Below, in pieces: positions 26,757 to 39,580 of a stretch of 63,689 nt of DNA. The first letter of the stretch is position 1. Every line of letters begins with the position of its first letter. The DNA is from Girardia tigrina (lineage: Eukaryota). The notes under the pieces are model-generated. The model made no database searches. It was given only the letters and a program-made list of their open reading frames with translations, and was not told the origin of the DNA. The position numbers were made by a program, and so were the translations under genes. The stretch is taken from contig MQRK01217413.1 in NCBI GenBank assembly GCA_001938485.1, positions 5,043 through 68,731 on the forward strand, given 5' to 3'.

Positions 26757-29475
26757 TTAATCATGCAACCAGAAGCGAGATACAAAGGCTGAGTAGAAAA
26801 AGGAAAAGAGCACCAATCAATCAGCGGTGGTTGGATGGGCACCTAGACGAACTTAAGATGATGATCAGAGAAAAATGGGCAAGACGTTCAGAATTNNNAA
26901 AAGACAGAAACGACACAACGTACTCGAGGTGGAAGTCAAGCAGACTTCTTATTCCGAGAAAGATTCGACAATGGAAACGGGAAAGAGCAGAAGCTCTTGG
27001 AGAGCAAATTGAAAAGAGCCTTGCAAACGACGGAGAAGGGAAACTGTAAGAACTCATGACAGAGTTACGTGTTCTATGTAACACACAATCGAAAGAGAAC
27101 ACACTGTGCGCTCTCTCTACTCCGATAGGAAACGAAGAACTATCTGCACATTTCAACAACCTCTTTCGAGCTAATTCTCATTTAGACGAAAGAATTGATA
27201 TCGCAGGGGAGACATCCAACCTGGACACTCTGGATCTACCCCTCACATTTGAAGAACTGGAGGTGGCAGAGAGGCAATTGAAGAGCGGTACAGCAGCAGG
27301 CTCAGATGGACTTATTCCTGAAGTATATAAATGGGGAGGTACGAATATTATCTCCAAACTGGAAATATGCTTCAGGAATATATGGGACGGCGTGGAAGAG
27401 TTCCCACCAAGTTGGAGAGAGGCCAGAGTGGTCATTCACTTCAAAGGGAAAGGATCTCGTAAAGACCCGAATAACTATAGAGGTATTTTCCTACTAGACG
27501 TAGGCGGTATAGTCTTTGCGAGATTTATTGCTAATCGTATTACTCCAATAATTGAAGCCTCACTGGACGAATGACAATTTGGATTCCGGACAGGCAGAGA
27601 AACGCAACAAGCTATCAGCATCTTGAGAAAGCTACAGGAAGAAGCAAGATACAAAATATCCACATTTTTGTAATCTTTATAGATCTGGAGAAAGCATTCG
27701 ACAGCGTCCCCCGGGAGTCTCTCTGGAGCTTTTAAAGAAACTAGGGATAAGGGGGAGAATGCTTGAAGTTATCAAAGCCTTTCATGAGGTATTTAAAGGT
27801 TCAATAGGGGATAAAACCTTCAATATGAACAAAGGAGTTAGACAAGGTTGTGTTTTAGGTCCGCTCCTATTCAATATCGTCTTCGATACAGTCCTGAAAC
27901 GAGCGATATTGAATGGTCTCTCAGGAGTAGCAAAGATGACTACTGAAGATGGAAGCTGCCTCGAGATCAACAGACTGGCTTACGCGGACGATCTCTGTCT
28001 GATAGACACCGACTGGAACAATCTTATCAGAAACCTTATTCTACTGAATGACTCATTTGTAGATTTAGGACTAAAGATCAATATCAATAAGAACAAAGTT
28101 ATGAACCTAAACGGAGATACCAAAGTTCTCACCGCCGGACACCAGCTTGAGACTGGTATTGAGTGGGTATCCAAATTCGTCTATTTGGGTTCCACAATCT
28201 CCTCAAATGCCACCGCTGAAGATGAGATAAGAGAAAGAATTCAAAAGGGTACCAGGAAGATCAGGGACCTCAAACCGGTCCTGAGGAGCTCCAAACTCTC
28301 TTTACGGAACAAGAAGAAGATTGTCAGCTNNNNNNNNNNNNNNNNNNNNNNNNNNNNNNNNNNNNNNNNNNNNNNNNNNNNNNNNNNNNNNNNNNNNNNN
28401 NNNNNNNNNNNNNNNNNNNNNNNNNNNNNNNNNNNNNNNNNNNNNNNNNNNNNNNNNNNNNNNNNNNNNNNNNNNNNNNNNNGGATATCATTGCAAGCAG
28501 AAGACTTGCCTATCATAGCAGGTTGGACACCTCTGATACACCAAACATTATGAGGTGTGTGTGGAGAGCAACAATGTCAATGGGAAAGAAGATCAGTGGG
28601 ATAAAGAAGCAAGCTATCTCCGAATGCCTCAAAGTGGATATACAGTGACTCTTTGGGGATAGTGCAAAGTATGAAGACTTCATACACCACATTGTCCACA
28701 GAGACCCCACAATAGAAAGAGGGCAATACATCAACTCCTTAATAAGAGAAAGGAAGCAGAACAGAACAAGAGCCGATCTGTCGAAATTACTCAACGAGAG
28801 AGATAAACTCCTTCAATGTACGATAGAAGATTGCTTTAAGGAGTTTGCCGAACAAAAGGAGCTAAATATACATCTCAAGCGGGATCACACGGAATCCACA
28901 GTAAGCATCCCTCTTCAGCTCCCAGAAGATGAAAAACCGTTCAAATGTACCAAATGCAGCAAAGGTTACAAAACGAAAAGATGGTTCACTAGGAATCTGC
29001 GTAAAGATCATCGAATAGAAGCCAGGGAGAATATCAATGAACATCCCACAGAATCATCAGAGCAATCCAACAGAAGAAGCGATAATCCAGACAGAGACGA
29101 AGAACCCACACTTATCCAAACGACCAATTTTCAGCCAGCAACAGTCACCCCGACTATTTCAACGGTGGTGGAGCAAACGACTTATCCCGAAGATACACAT
29201 TTGACTTTTAGGATCGCAGATCCAAATGCGAGGGGAAAGCTCAAATGTCCCTTTCGCGGCTGTACCAAGTCCACCAATACAGCCAAAGGGATGCTCAATT
29301 ATGGTAGCACAATTCATGATTGGTCGTTTGCAACAGGGAAGCCTAAGAAATTTCGGAGACTGAAGCACTCCGTCCCCGTAGGAGGCCTATCGGGAGGCAG
29401 CTAGCACTCTTTAGTTTGGGTGGACCCTCTAAAGAGCCTAGTGGCTCAATACCATTCGAAAGAGATGGGAGGCCC
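26757..29475 (+). mobile_element. 5'-truncated non-LTR retrotransposon (RTE-like) with RT and C-terminal C2H2 fingers
   Basis: Motifs KGKGSRKDPNNYRGI, FIDLEKAFDSV, GVRQGCVLGPLLFN, LAYADD and FVYLGS. Flanked by a 10-bp duplication ATTCACAAAC (26747-26756, 29476-29485). Several stops. Confidence 0.92.
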
Positions 29476-30689
29476 ATTCACAAACGGATAATCAATACGA
29501 GTTTGTCAGATCACAGTTTATTAATATCGAAACTATAAATCTTCTAAACGAACGATAACCGTTAAAATCTCAAAGTCAAATGAACCCTTATTCTCCTATA
29601 TAGGATACTGATATCTCAAAATATTTATAATTATTCTACAATTTTTTTTAAAATAATGTAAATCAAAAATTATTAATTTTTTTTAAAAGAGAATTTTTTT
29701 AATTAATTTTTTACAAGATTTTTAACTTCAACTTCAAGATAAAAATAAAAGAAAAAGATTTTATTTAACAAAAATAAGTTTACTTTAAAAGGAATCTTCT
29801 TTCAAAGTTTATTGCAGAAAATTATTGGTGTGTTTATGACTGAATTCGTTGTTTATATACAAGCTTTTTATAATCTTGAAAATTGAATAGCTAAAATAAA
29901 TCTCACTACAATTTTTTTTAATATAATGTAAATCGAAAAGTATTGATTTTTTTAAAAAAGAATTATCTTTAATTAATTTTTTACAAGATTTTTTGATTAA
30001 AAATTTTAAATAATATTTTGGAACCCCAGTATATAATGTCTCCAGTATATAATAGCTACACAAGTTTTTGAGTCAAAACAATCCAATGGTTTCATGCTGG
30101 ACAATCTAACTATAACAAACGTGGTCGAGTATATTGTGCACCGCAAACTAGAAAAATAGGTTAGAACTGAGTTTCTTGAACTTTTGATTCTTTTTGGCAG
30201 CAGAATGGAAGGATAACAGAAAGCGATAACTTTAGTACAATATTTTTGCATTGCACAAAGGCCTGTTTCATCACAACTGTTTGTATGTCAAACAATGCCA
30301 AGATAATTTTCTGCTACTAATTTTCTTGCATATTAGAAAAAGTTTCAATTCTTTCCTTATTGAAAGCCCAGGCTCTTACTACTGATAAAATTTATGTAAC
30401 TGTCATTGAAATGGTTTCGAAAAGTCAACAAAAGCCTTACGTCAACTGAACAAGATGTCTTTTCTTCTTCATTCTATTTAAAAGAGATATCGTCAATTCA
30501 CTTGAGTCAATTATAGACTCTGTACAGTTTCATAGAAAATTAGTCTCCAATCATTAATATTTCTGGGAAATTTACGTTTGACCATAAAAAGCACACGGTC
30601 ATGCAGATTTTGTTCCTTTTCAATTAATGAGTCTGCTTAACCACCACTTTTCACTGAATATGTTCTTAAAATATAATGGTTTCTTTTTG

Positions 30690-30780
30690 TGGGACAAGAC
30701 ACTAGCCTCGAGCCTCGGGTTAAATCCGAGTCTCGGTCCATCCGACAGAAATGCCCGCGCTGAACCACTCGGCGTCAATC
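30690..30780 (-). mobile_element. tRNA-derived SINE head or tRNA pseudogene
   Basis: A-box-like GCCGAGTGGTT and a T-arm-like CTCGG-ATTTAAC-CCGAG (5-bp stem, 7-nt loop). No full cloverleaf. Confidence 0.45.
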
Positions 30781-32693
30781 ATTCGAAATAAAGAAAACGT
30801 ATTTTTGGCTAAAGATTTATTTATCATTTAAAAATTAAAAATTCACATATCACCCTTTTTGTCATTTTTAATATTCATTGCTTTAATAAAACAACGGAGC
30901 GCTTCAATTTATTTTTATTAATTAATTTAATTTAATTCTGAAACCAATAATATAGAATTATTAATTTAATGAAAAAGCCAGTTTACAAAAAAGTATTTTT
31001 TTGAATCTTAAAAAATCATGAAGTAGATTTTCTGTGGGTATATGAAACTCTTTAGACGCTGTAGCCAATGGTAGTCCTTACCGAACAAACGAAACATCTT
31101 GAGTCAAAATTTCCTTGGAGTAGCCTTCCTATGAATATAATTTTTCTTTTATGATCGAACCATTGCCTAAAGTCAGTGAACAAGAAAGCATAGCATGTGT
31201 CTACTTTGTAAATAGCAAGCATTAATTAACAAAACAATTTCTGATTTAACAAAACTATAAGGAAATTTCATAACCACTAATTGCCATACTTGCCTTGTAC
31301 ATGTCAGTAGTATCTGTAAATAAAACTAATAATACAAATAAATGTTTTACAATATAAATACTAGACAAAATGTAAATACTGTCGTGACTCAGAAGTAAGA
31401 CTGTATCTAAATATTTATTTAAAATAATAACAGTACACAATTATATAGTACACAATCAACATCATAATAACTTACATCATAACTTACATAATCAACATCA
31501 TGTCAGATCAATGATGTAATTGTAATTGCGTAAGTCAATTAAGTCATACCCTTTTATGACTCAGCACAAATACATAACTCCAATTTTAGATACTTCAGTA
31601 TTTGCTGAGTTATCCGCAAAATGAAACTGTTTAAGAAAAAAGCTATTTTATAACCAAATACAAAAAAAATTAAAACTCAAATGCTACTTAAACACTAGTT
31701 CTATATACATGTAGTTGTATATTCAAAAGTTTACATTGAGTTATCTCATATAGGCTCAACTGAGCATTTTTATCTATACAATGTACTTTTTGTGTCTATT
31801 TCCGTTTCATCCCATGTCCTACTCACACCAGTTTACCCTAGTATATAGTCAATTTAGAAGTTCAAAACTCGTAAATTCCTCTAGATTCTCTAACTAATCA
31901 AAATAAGTTTCCATAAACCAAATTATGTAAAATAGGGAACAATTGTCCTGTTAAAAGAGCTCATACATTTATTAAAATTGCAATTTGGATAATCTTCATG
32001 GCAATCCGTAGTGGTGCTGTCACTCATATTCATCGATCAAAGTTAAATAATTTCCATCTCAAAAACTTACATATTCTTTAAAAATCATTTACTACTAATG
32101 TTATTGGTTAAAATTAAAATTACTATTTATCATTTAAAATTAACACTCATTAATTAAATTAAAAATAAATTTGAATAAATTAGTTCCAGATAATTAGAAT
32201 TAAAATAATAATCTGTCATCTGTAATAATCGGTAAATAATAATCGGTCGTGTAAAATAACTATTCGGATTCTGACAATAACTAGAAGATAACTCAGATTG
32301 CAGATATCGAATATTGCCGAGTAATTATTTGGATCCAGTAATCATCAAAATTTATTGTAAATATATTTTGTATTAAATGAATTCGTTTGTTCTTTCTGAT
32401 GGTGTTGTAACCGATTTTAACAGCCTTATTTCGAAGAAAGAAATCGAATAAATGTTAATCCAACTCATTATTAATTTGCTTGTTGTTCCCATTTTCATAG
32501 GGCATCTGTATTATAAAATTATAAATACAAACAAATTAGCAAAACTTACTAATCAAAATTAACTGATTTTGCATTATAATAGGGCATTAACATTTTGGAA
32601 TGGGTAGTATTACATATAAAGATAGAAAAAAATAAGCATATACACAAAATCAAACATAAACACAACATCAGCACAATTATAATTTAACGCGCA

Positions 32694-32803
32694 CTTCATA
32701 CATACATAATTTTATAACATTATGATAGACTATTATAATGTTATAAAATTCCTTAATCGAATAAGGAATGTATGTATGAAGACCCTATCATTGATAGGGT
32801 CTT
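32694..32803. repeat. Nested palindrome cluster (T-shaped junction plus adjacent hairpin)
   Basis: Perfect 14-bp outer stem enclosing a 21-bp and a 5-7-bp hairpin, followed by a perfect 12-bp hairpin. Confidence 0.9.
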
Positions 32804-34326
32804 AAGTGTTTTAATAGGATAAATTAAAAAATTTTATTTTTATTTTAGTGGAAATACAGTTTTTACAATTATTGGTTCCAAAAACATTGCTTTTATTTCA
32901 TTTCAAATCAGTCGAAACTAGTTTCAACAGAAAAGATGGAGCAAATCTCTCGAACATATTAGGTTCGTGGTTTTATTCTGATGAAAATTCAGAAAAAAGA
33001 CATTTTTGAAGCTTTCATTTAATAACAAAATTAAAAATTATATTTAAATAATCTTTTGTCTAAGTAAATTTCTGAGGAACGATTTTTAATTTTTCTTGCA
33101 CAAATCAATAATATCAAAATAATTGTTAATATAAATGTATGTAAATTAATTATTTTCGAAATTTTCATTGTATTTAATTTTTTAATTTAAAATATTTTAT
33201 TTATAAACATAAACTATTTTAAAATATTTATATATTAATTTTGTATTTAATGTTATAGATACTTTTTAAATATTGTATTTTCTTATGAATAAACAGTTTA
33301 TTAAACTTCGTTAAAATTAATTATTTATTATGATATTTAGTTTGTAGTTATATTCATATTGTAGTTACTTTTTAAAGTTTATTAAATTCTGTTAAACTAC
33401 TTTTCAGATATTATATTTCATTTCATTTCCAAATTTATTTTATTTATTAATTTTATTATTTTAAATTTAATTTGTTTTGTTTTAAATCTATTTATTTACA
33501 AGTTATATTTTATTTAAAAAAATTATTTTTAAATAATATTAATATTGAAACTTTCACGTATTTTACAATAAAATTGTATTTTTTAATTTAATAATGTAAT
33601 ATTAATTTAAATTTTTTATTATCTTTAATTCAAAAATTTAAAAGACATCACAAATCATCTTAGAACATATGATTATTTCGATATTTTTATTACATATCAA
33701 TTTATATTTCAATTTCTTTTCGATATAATTCTTTTTCGATTATATTTTACAAGACTCATTGATATTTTTTTCGACCGATAATTTCTTATATCGTAACACA
33801 ATTCATGTATAATGTATGATCATATGGAAATGTTTCAAGAAAAAGAAGAAATTCAAGATTACAATAAATATAGAAAGTTTTAAATTAACAATCATTTTAA
33901 TTAAAATTTCTATAAAAGTGTGTTTAAGCTTCATTTTTAATTGTCATTTGAGATAATATCAAAATGAGTAAATTTTTTAATTTTTTTCTTAAATTTAATG
34001 GAATATTTCAAAATTTTTGAAACTTATTAGATTTTCCAATTATTTTTCTATATTTTTCAAATTTATTTTACAAATTTTAAATTTAATTAAAAATATGTTT
34101 TAAAATAAACTCTGAGACTTAATTGTTTGAAACTTATTTCTTTGACTAAATTGTCTGGCTCCGCTCTCTTTAAACTAGTATTATTTATTAACCCTATCCT
34201 CACCATATGTATTCTTAAAAAAGAAAAAAATCTATATTCATTTAATATTATCTTCGTTTGTATTTAAATGTCGGGTTGCGTTTAATGAAAGTTCTTGTAA
34301 GTCATCGAATAGATCATAAATAATAA

Positions 34327-34752
34327 TCATTTTTTCAACGAAGACATTAACTTATTGGACATTTTCTCTCCGACAAATTTTATAGTCGTTCCGCTTTGTT
34401 CCGATGCATTAGTAGTTCCATTTGACATTGTATCCTTGGAAGCTGCTACAATTTTCTGAGGCTTTTGCGAATAAGGAAGTAGCGAACTTTCCATAGAACT
34501 ATAGAGCAAATCAGAAGTGGTTTCTCTTATCTTAATTTTCCCATCCTTACTGCGACGTTTACTGTCTTCTTCAATGTCTTGGATATTGAACATCGAACCT
34601 TTACTGGCGAGTTTTGAAATCTGGTCGATGTTCAATTGGCCCATCAGATCCGTTTCGTTTTCAGCGACAGCAAAATCATCATTTTTTTCTGTAAAATTTG
34701 ACAAGTTTGACACTGTCTTTTTATAAGACAGTTTATGCGATGCATCCATCAA
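34327..34752 (-). CDS. Unknown protein ORF, possibly the first exon of a host gene or pseudogene
   Basis: ATG-initiated 141-aa hydrophilic ORF in very AT-rich flanks, with no TE motif. Exon-like but stop-containing patches extend down to ~31000. Confidence 0.4.
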   Translation of the reverse strand: MMDASHKLSYKKTVSNLSNFTEKNDDFAVAENETDLMGQLNIDQISKLASKGSMFNIQDIEEDSKRRSKDGKIKIRETTSDLLYSSMESSLLPYSQKPQKIVAASKDTMSNGTTNASEQSGTTIKFVGEKMSNKLMSSLKK

Positions 34753-35055
34753 TAAAATTTAAAATTTATTAATTGATAATCCAATAATCTTTTATTATTA
34801 TTATACATATTAAGATTTATGTATTTTAAATATTTATATAGAAACCCTGTCAAACATAAATAATGTCTCCTTGAGAAATAAGATTCTATATCTTGTACTT
34901 AATTGCAATAAATCCATGGTTAAGAAATTAAAATAGAAAATAATATGTACAGTTAAGAACATTAAGACAATTTTCATTAGTCAAAAAGTTAAAAAAATGA
35001 TGGCAACTTATTTTTAAAAAAAAAATACTCAATTTGTTAAATAGACATTTATTTT

Positions 35056-35102
35056 TCAAGACAATTAATTTCGACGGTATAACTGTCATCGTCAGGTCTG
35101 AA
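35056..35102 (-). ncRNA. Minimal type I hammerhead ribozyme motif in a PLE 3' end
   Basis: UUCAGAC-CUGACGA-U-GACaG uuaua CCGUC-GAAA-UUAA-UU-GUCUuGAA, ~45 nt downstream of the PLE stop codon. Confidence 0.8.
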
Positions 35103-35376
35103 GAAAAAAATGAATTTTAAATCTGCTTATATAGGCAAGCAGTGATTATGTCATCAATGGATTATTATGTAATCTAAACAGGCTCAATAGGGTTTTCGAG
35201 AGACCCATTTGCACATTAATCTTAGTATCTAAATATCTGATATAAAGTGTTTCACAGGCCATCCTATCCAAATAGTTTTCAAAACGAGAACACAAAATTT
35301 TAAAATCATTTATGTTTATGTTTTCATTCGACTTACAACGTTCTCTGTGTTCTGCAATATTACTCCCACCTACATC

Positions 35377-35958
35377 TAGGGTTGCCAGTTGAAACTTCGA
35401 AGAATACCGGACAAAATTTAAAAATAACACAACAAAATTTTAACTTTCAAATTTTAACAAAATTTCACTTAATAGTTCAAACTCTAAATACCACAAAATT
35501 TATTATTTAAACAAATTTAATATTAAAGTTTTCACTTAATAGTTCAAATTCTAAATACCACAAAATTTATTATTTAAACAAATTTAATATTAAAGTTTTC
35601 ACTTAATAGTTCAAACTCTAAATACCACAAAATTTATTATTTAATTTATCCCTTTATCACCAGCAGAAAACTTTGAATTAATACTTTAATATTTTGTATT
35701 TCGTATTAAACCAAAATAAATTTTTCCATAGCCCACTACGATAAAAAAATTACCATTTAGGAATGTATATTTGTCCTTCAAAACTTTGAGCGACCAAAAA
35801 AATAAAAAAATACGAATATCTCATATTTGAAGATTGTGGAAATAAGCTTCGGGAGAAATACCGTCAAATGTAAGTCCGGTTTTTATAATTTTTTTATACC
35901 GAACAACCAGTTGAATTAACGGACTGGCCGGTTCAAAACCAGACATCTGGCAACCTTA
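35377..35958. mobile_element. hAT MITE inserted in the PLE GIY-YIG region
   Basis: TIR TAGGGTTGCCAG/CTGGCAACCTTA and 8-bp duplication CCTACATC. Internal 67-bp tandem repeat (~2.7 copies, 35464-35644). Confidence 0.92.
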
Positions 35959-36619
35959 CCTACATCCCGATCATGTTCTTTGATTCTCCTACAAAGATGA
36001 CGGGATGTCTCTCCAATGTATGTGGCATTACACCCATTACATGTAAATTTATATACGAGATCCGAACATAATCCAAATGGGGTTGGAGATTTATAACAAA
36101 ATACATTTTGGATTTTATATGTTTGTGATATTATTTTTAAATTAAAGGCATTATTTACGAATTTTAAAATTGAACGTTGAAACTGACCAAATCCCTCTGA
36201 ATATGGAATGCTTAAAACATATTTTAAAGTTGTTGAGTCTTCTTTATCATTTTTAATCGGTTTATTAATTAATTTATCAATTGTTTCTTTGGTCAATTTC
36301 TCAACAATTGATTTTGAATAACAATTTTTATTTAATAATTTAGTTAATTGGTTAATGCTATCACAAATTTTTGTATAAATTGATGATAATGACCAAGATC
36401 GAAAAATTAGTCCCCTAATCATTATATTTGTATCGAGATTCACAAAAACTGTTTGGCGTTGTATATAACATCAGTTTTCTTTCTGTGAATCTCAGTCTCA
36501 TAAGCATCTCTTTTCCTTTCAATCAGTAAATCTAGGAAAGATAATTTACCATTATTCTCTGTTTCTGTTGTACACTTAATATTCGGATACTTAAATTTCT
36601 TGGATACTTAAATTCTTTG

Positions 36620-36998
36620 CAAGAAGCATTTCGGCTCTTGACCCGATAACTTCTGGCATTACCAGAACGTGGCATACGATTTGCTTTCCACTGCATTCAA
36701 TGGATACAATCGCTCTAAAATGCATCTTTGCCTCCGAATTATCCATCATCTGCACTGATTCACTTACACGATCTAGTTTAGAAGGTTCAACTACCGCCTT
36801 CGCCACCACTGTTGTCGAAAAACCCGTATCGATTATTGTTCTCACGGTTCTTCAACTTACAATCGCCGAAATCGTCGACATACGCGCGTCAACGTATCCA
36901 GGTCCCCCACCCGCGCGGTAATGAGGACCTGTTACTTGTTTCCCACCGGCTTCTGCTCCGTGTTCCGGAACTCTTTTGTATTTCAAAATTCACAACAT
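36620..36998 (-). mobile_element. LTR retrotransposon aspartic protease fragment
   Basis: RTIIDTGFSTTVV (DTG motif). Confidence 0.7.
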
Positions 36999-37169
36999 GA
37001 GTTATACGTTTTTTGAAACGTTAATCAGGCTACCTGAGGCCTATTCATTTGTAAAGAACACATTGTCCCTATCTATTTACCTTTTTCGTGGGACTATAAA
37101 TGCAAAATAGGGAAATTGTACGAGGTACTTGCACAATTCACCCATTTCTATTAAATCCTAGTCTTTCTT

Positions 37170-38437
37170 GTATCAGGCGCATGTGACTTGACACAGCTTT
37201 AAATTTATTTTCGGATAGTTCAGAAAATTTCAAATAGTTTTTGTAAAAAATCACTTAAAGTCCCGATCCAAGAACTCCAAGCAATTTTTCACTTTTGTAA
37301 TATTAAAAAAATAATAAAAATAATATTAGAAATATATAATTTAAAATAAGTAAAATCGACAGAAAAAACGAAGTAACATATAATAAATCACAGGTAAAAG
37401 GAAACGAGTGAGTGGAAAAAAGAATATATCAATGAATAAATACTTTAGAACTCGTCACTGATCCGAGGATAGCAATGTCACTATAATTTCTTGTCAAATA
37501 AGTAATTTCGTCTTCGTAATGTAATAATGTTAGGTTGGGAGATCCTTCTGATTTATTAAGAATAAATGATAACTACAAACAGGATAATATCTATTGTGTT
37601 AATGAGGTACGATAGATCGGCCGGTGACGATAATAATCTTCGTATAGGATAATAAGATCTCGTTTCGGGTACGATAGATCGGCCGGCGACGATAATAATC
37701 TTCGTGTAAGATAGTAAGATCTCGTTCCGGGAATATAGAAATATTATTTTCTGTTGATAATAGATAACTTCGTTAAATTATTTTCTGGTTTTTTGTTCTT
37801 TTTTCTTTTTTAAAACGGTAAATAATTACTAATTTGAGTAGTCAAATTAATTATTGATTATTTTATTTTCAGTCAATTCACAATCATATAACTATTTATC
37901 AGCCGATTTGTTTTGCGAATTATCCGTCAACAATTTTCTTTTACATTTCTGTACAAAATTCATTTCAGATTCAAATAATCATCTCTGGTTCAAAAATCTT
38001 TCTCAACAAAACTTACCCAGTCGCGTTCACACAGAAAAATCGACAATTTCGATCAAACTCCCACCGCAAAATGTCATTGATAACATTATTTAAGTCACAT
38101 ACATAAATGTTTAGAATTTCCAAAAATCTAATAAGATAATTGAAGTTAAATAAATAAAAATACATCCACAAATTCTTCAATCGATTCAAATAAAATCAAA
38201 CAACCCGAAACTTCCCCCTTCCGGGTCGAGGCCTGCACACGATAATAAGAAATAAAAAAAAACAATAAAAAACAATCGTTAATAAAACACGCACACAACA
38301 CGCTCCACAAACCTCACGCACAGGACACCCTATGTAAAAAGAAAAACCAATCACACCAAGACCTTGTACAAAAACAAAAGAAAGAAAATCACATACACAC
38401 ATAACCAAAAAAATAACAAAATAAGTAGGGCACTACA
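37170..38437 (-). mobile_element. LTR-like repeat (TGTAGTG-start family) with a 62-bp tandem duplication
   Basis: Minus strand begins TGTAGTGCCC with a TG-rich leader, and two tandem units lie at 37607-37730. Left boundary uncertain. Confidence 0.5.
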
Positions 38438-38931
38438 GTCTTTATCTGAATAAATTTATAAATCTTTCTTCTTTGATAGACTTTGTCCATCGTAATAGAT
38501 TTATTATGAGTTTTAGTAATTTTCTATTGCTATGTAATATAATCATATTAATTTAGAATTTTACTTTTGTAGAAAACTAATAAGTTTGTTAAATATTAGC
38601 TCTTTTATTGTTTTTTAAATTTTTATCAAGGAAAGATACATCGATCAAATTTCAATAGACTAATACATTTGATTTATCTTAGTCCTCTCTCATTATTTTA
38701 ATCTTCAGCCAATTTTTTATTTGTAATGATATCAGAGTTACTTAATTGGGTATATTAATTATTATTGATTTTAATTTCAGAAAAAAATAGCACGAAAGAA
38801 ATAAGATTGTTCCATGATTTTTTTTACTTTTATGTGAAATAAAGAAATTATTAATCTGAAAGAAATGATTGCTATTTCCAATATAATTGAAATGTTTTCT
38901 TGATAATGTTTAAAACATGATAATTGTTTAA

Positions 38932-39165
38932 CCCTTTCCATCCCAAATTATTATTTTTGATACATATTAATATCCGTTACAATGCTGATTTAAATAGCTA
39001 AGAAACAAATGAGAATCACGTTTTTTGCATTCTAATATATGTAGTGTCATCTATTAGACTTTTTAGAAACTATTACTATGTGTAAAATTTAAATTGAGTA
39101 AAAGAGATAACTGTAATTTAATTTTTCAAATATGTTGCCATATGGCAACAATGGGTTGGAAAGGG
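38932..39165. mobile_element. piggyBac-type MITE
   Basis: TTAA-CCCTTTCCA...TGGAAAGGG-TTAA. Internal palindrome TGTTGCCATATGGCAACA. Confidence 0.85.
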
Positions 39166-39580
39166 TTAAATGAAATAATAATTATTATTTAAAGTTTCTT
39201 TTATTTAAAATTTCTTTTTAAAATTTCCTTTAGATTTTTCCGTACACTCCCTGAGTGTTTTATTTAGAATATCTCACCTAGCGTCAGATAAAATAATTAT
39301 TTTAGCGACGATTGTGATGCAAATTAACATGTATAATTGTATTTCTATGCAACCTGTTCATTGTTTTCACTTCTTGTTTTCATTTAGCGATACATCAGCA
39401 GGAAAACTAATCTAGCAGTTTCTTTTAATTAATTATCACTTAATAGATTTCACAACTGTTTGACATTTTTTACTTTAAAGAAATAACAGAATTTCAATTA
39501 TGAAATAAATCGATTATTATTTGTTAATTTTAAATTTAATTTATTTTTAATCTGTAAATATATATATATATATATATATA

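Larger units (their letters stand above)
35050..36620 (-). mobile_element. Penelope-like element, 5'-truncated (RT thumb plus GIY-YIG endonuclease)
   Basis: YPNIKCTTETENNGKLSFLDLLI, LVYKFTCNGCNATYIGETSRHLCRRIKEH and CETLYIR...INVQ. Split by a hAT MITE. Confidence 0.92.

Noticed and set aside
35464-35644. Direct repeats as a CRISPR array
   Set aside because: Head-to-tail tandem units with no unique spacers, inside a eukaryotic MITE, and no cas genes.
37607-37730. GAAAC...GTA on the minus strand as a hammerhead
   Set aside because: No CUGANGA core nearby.
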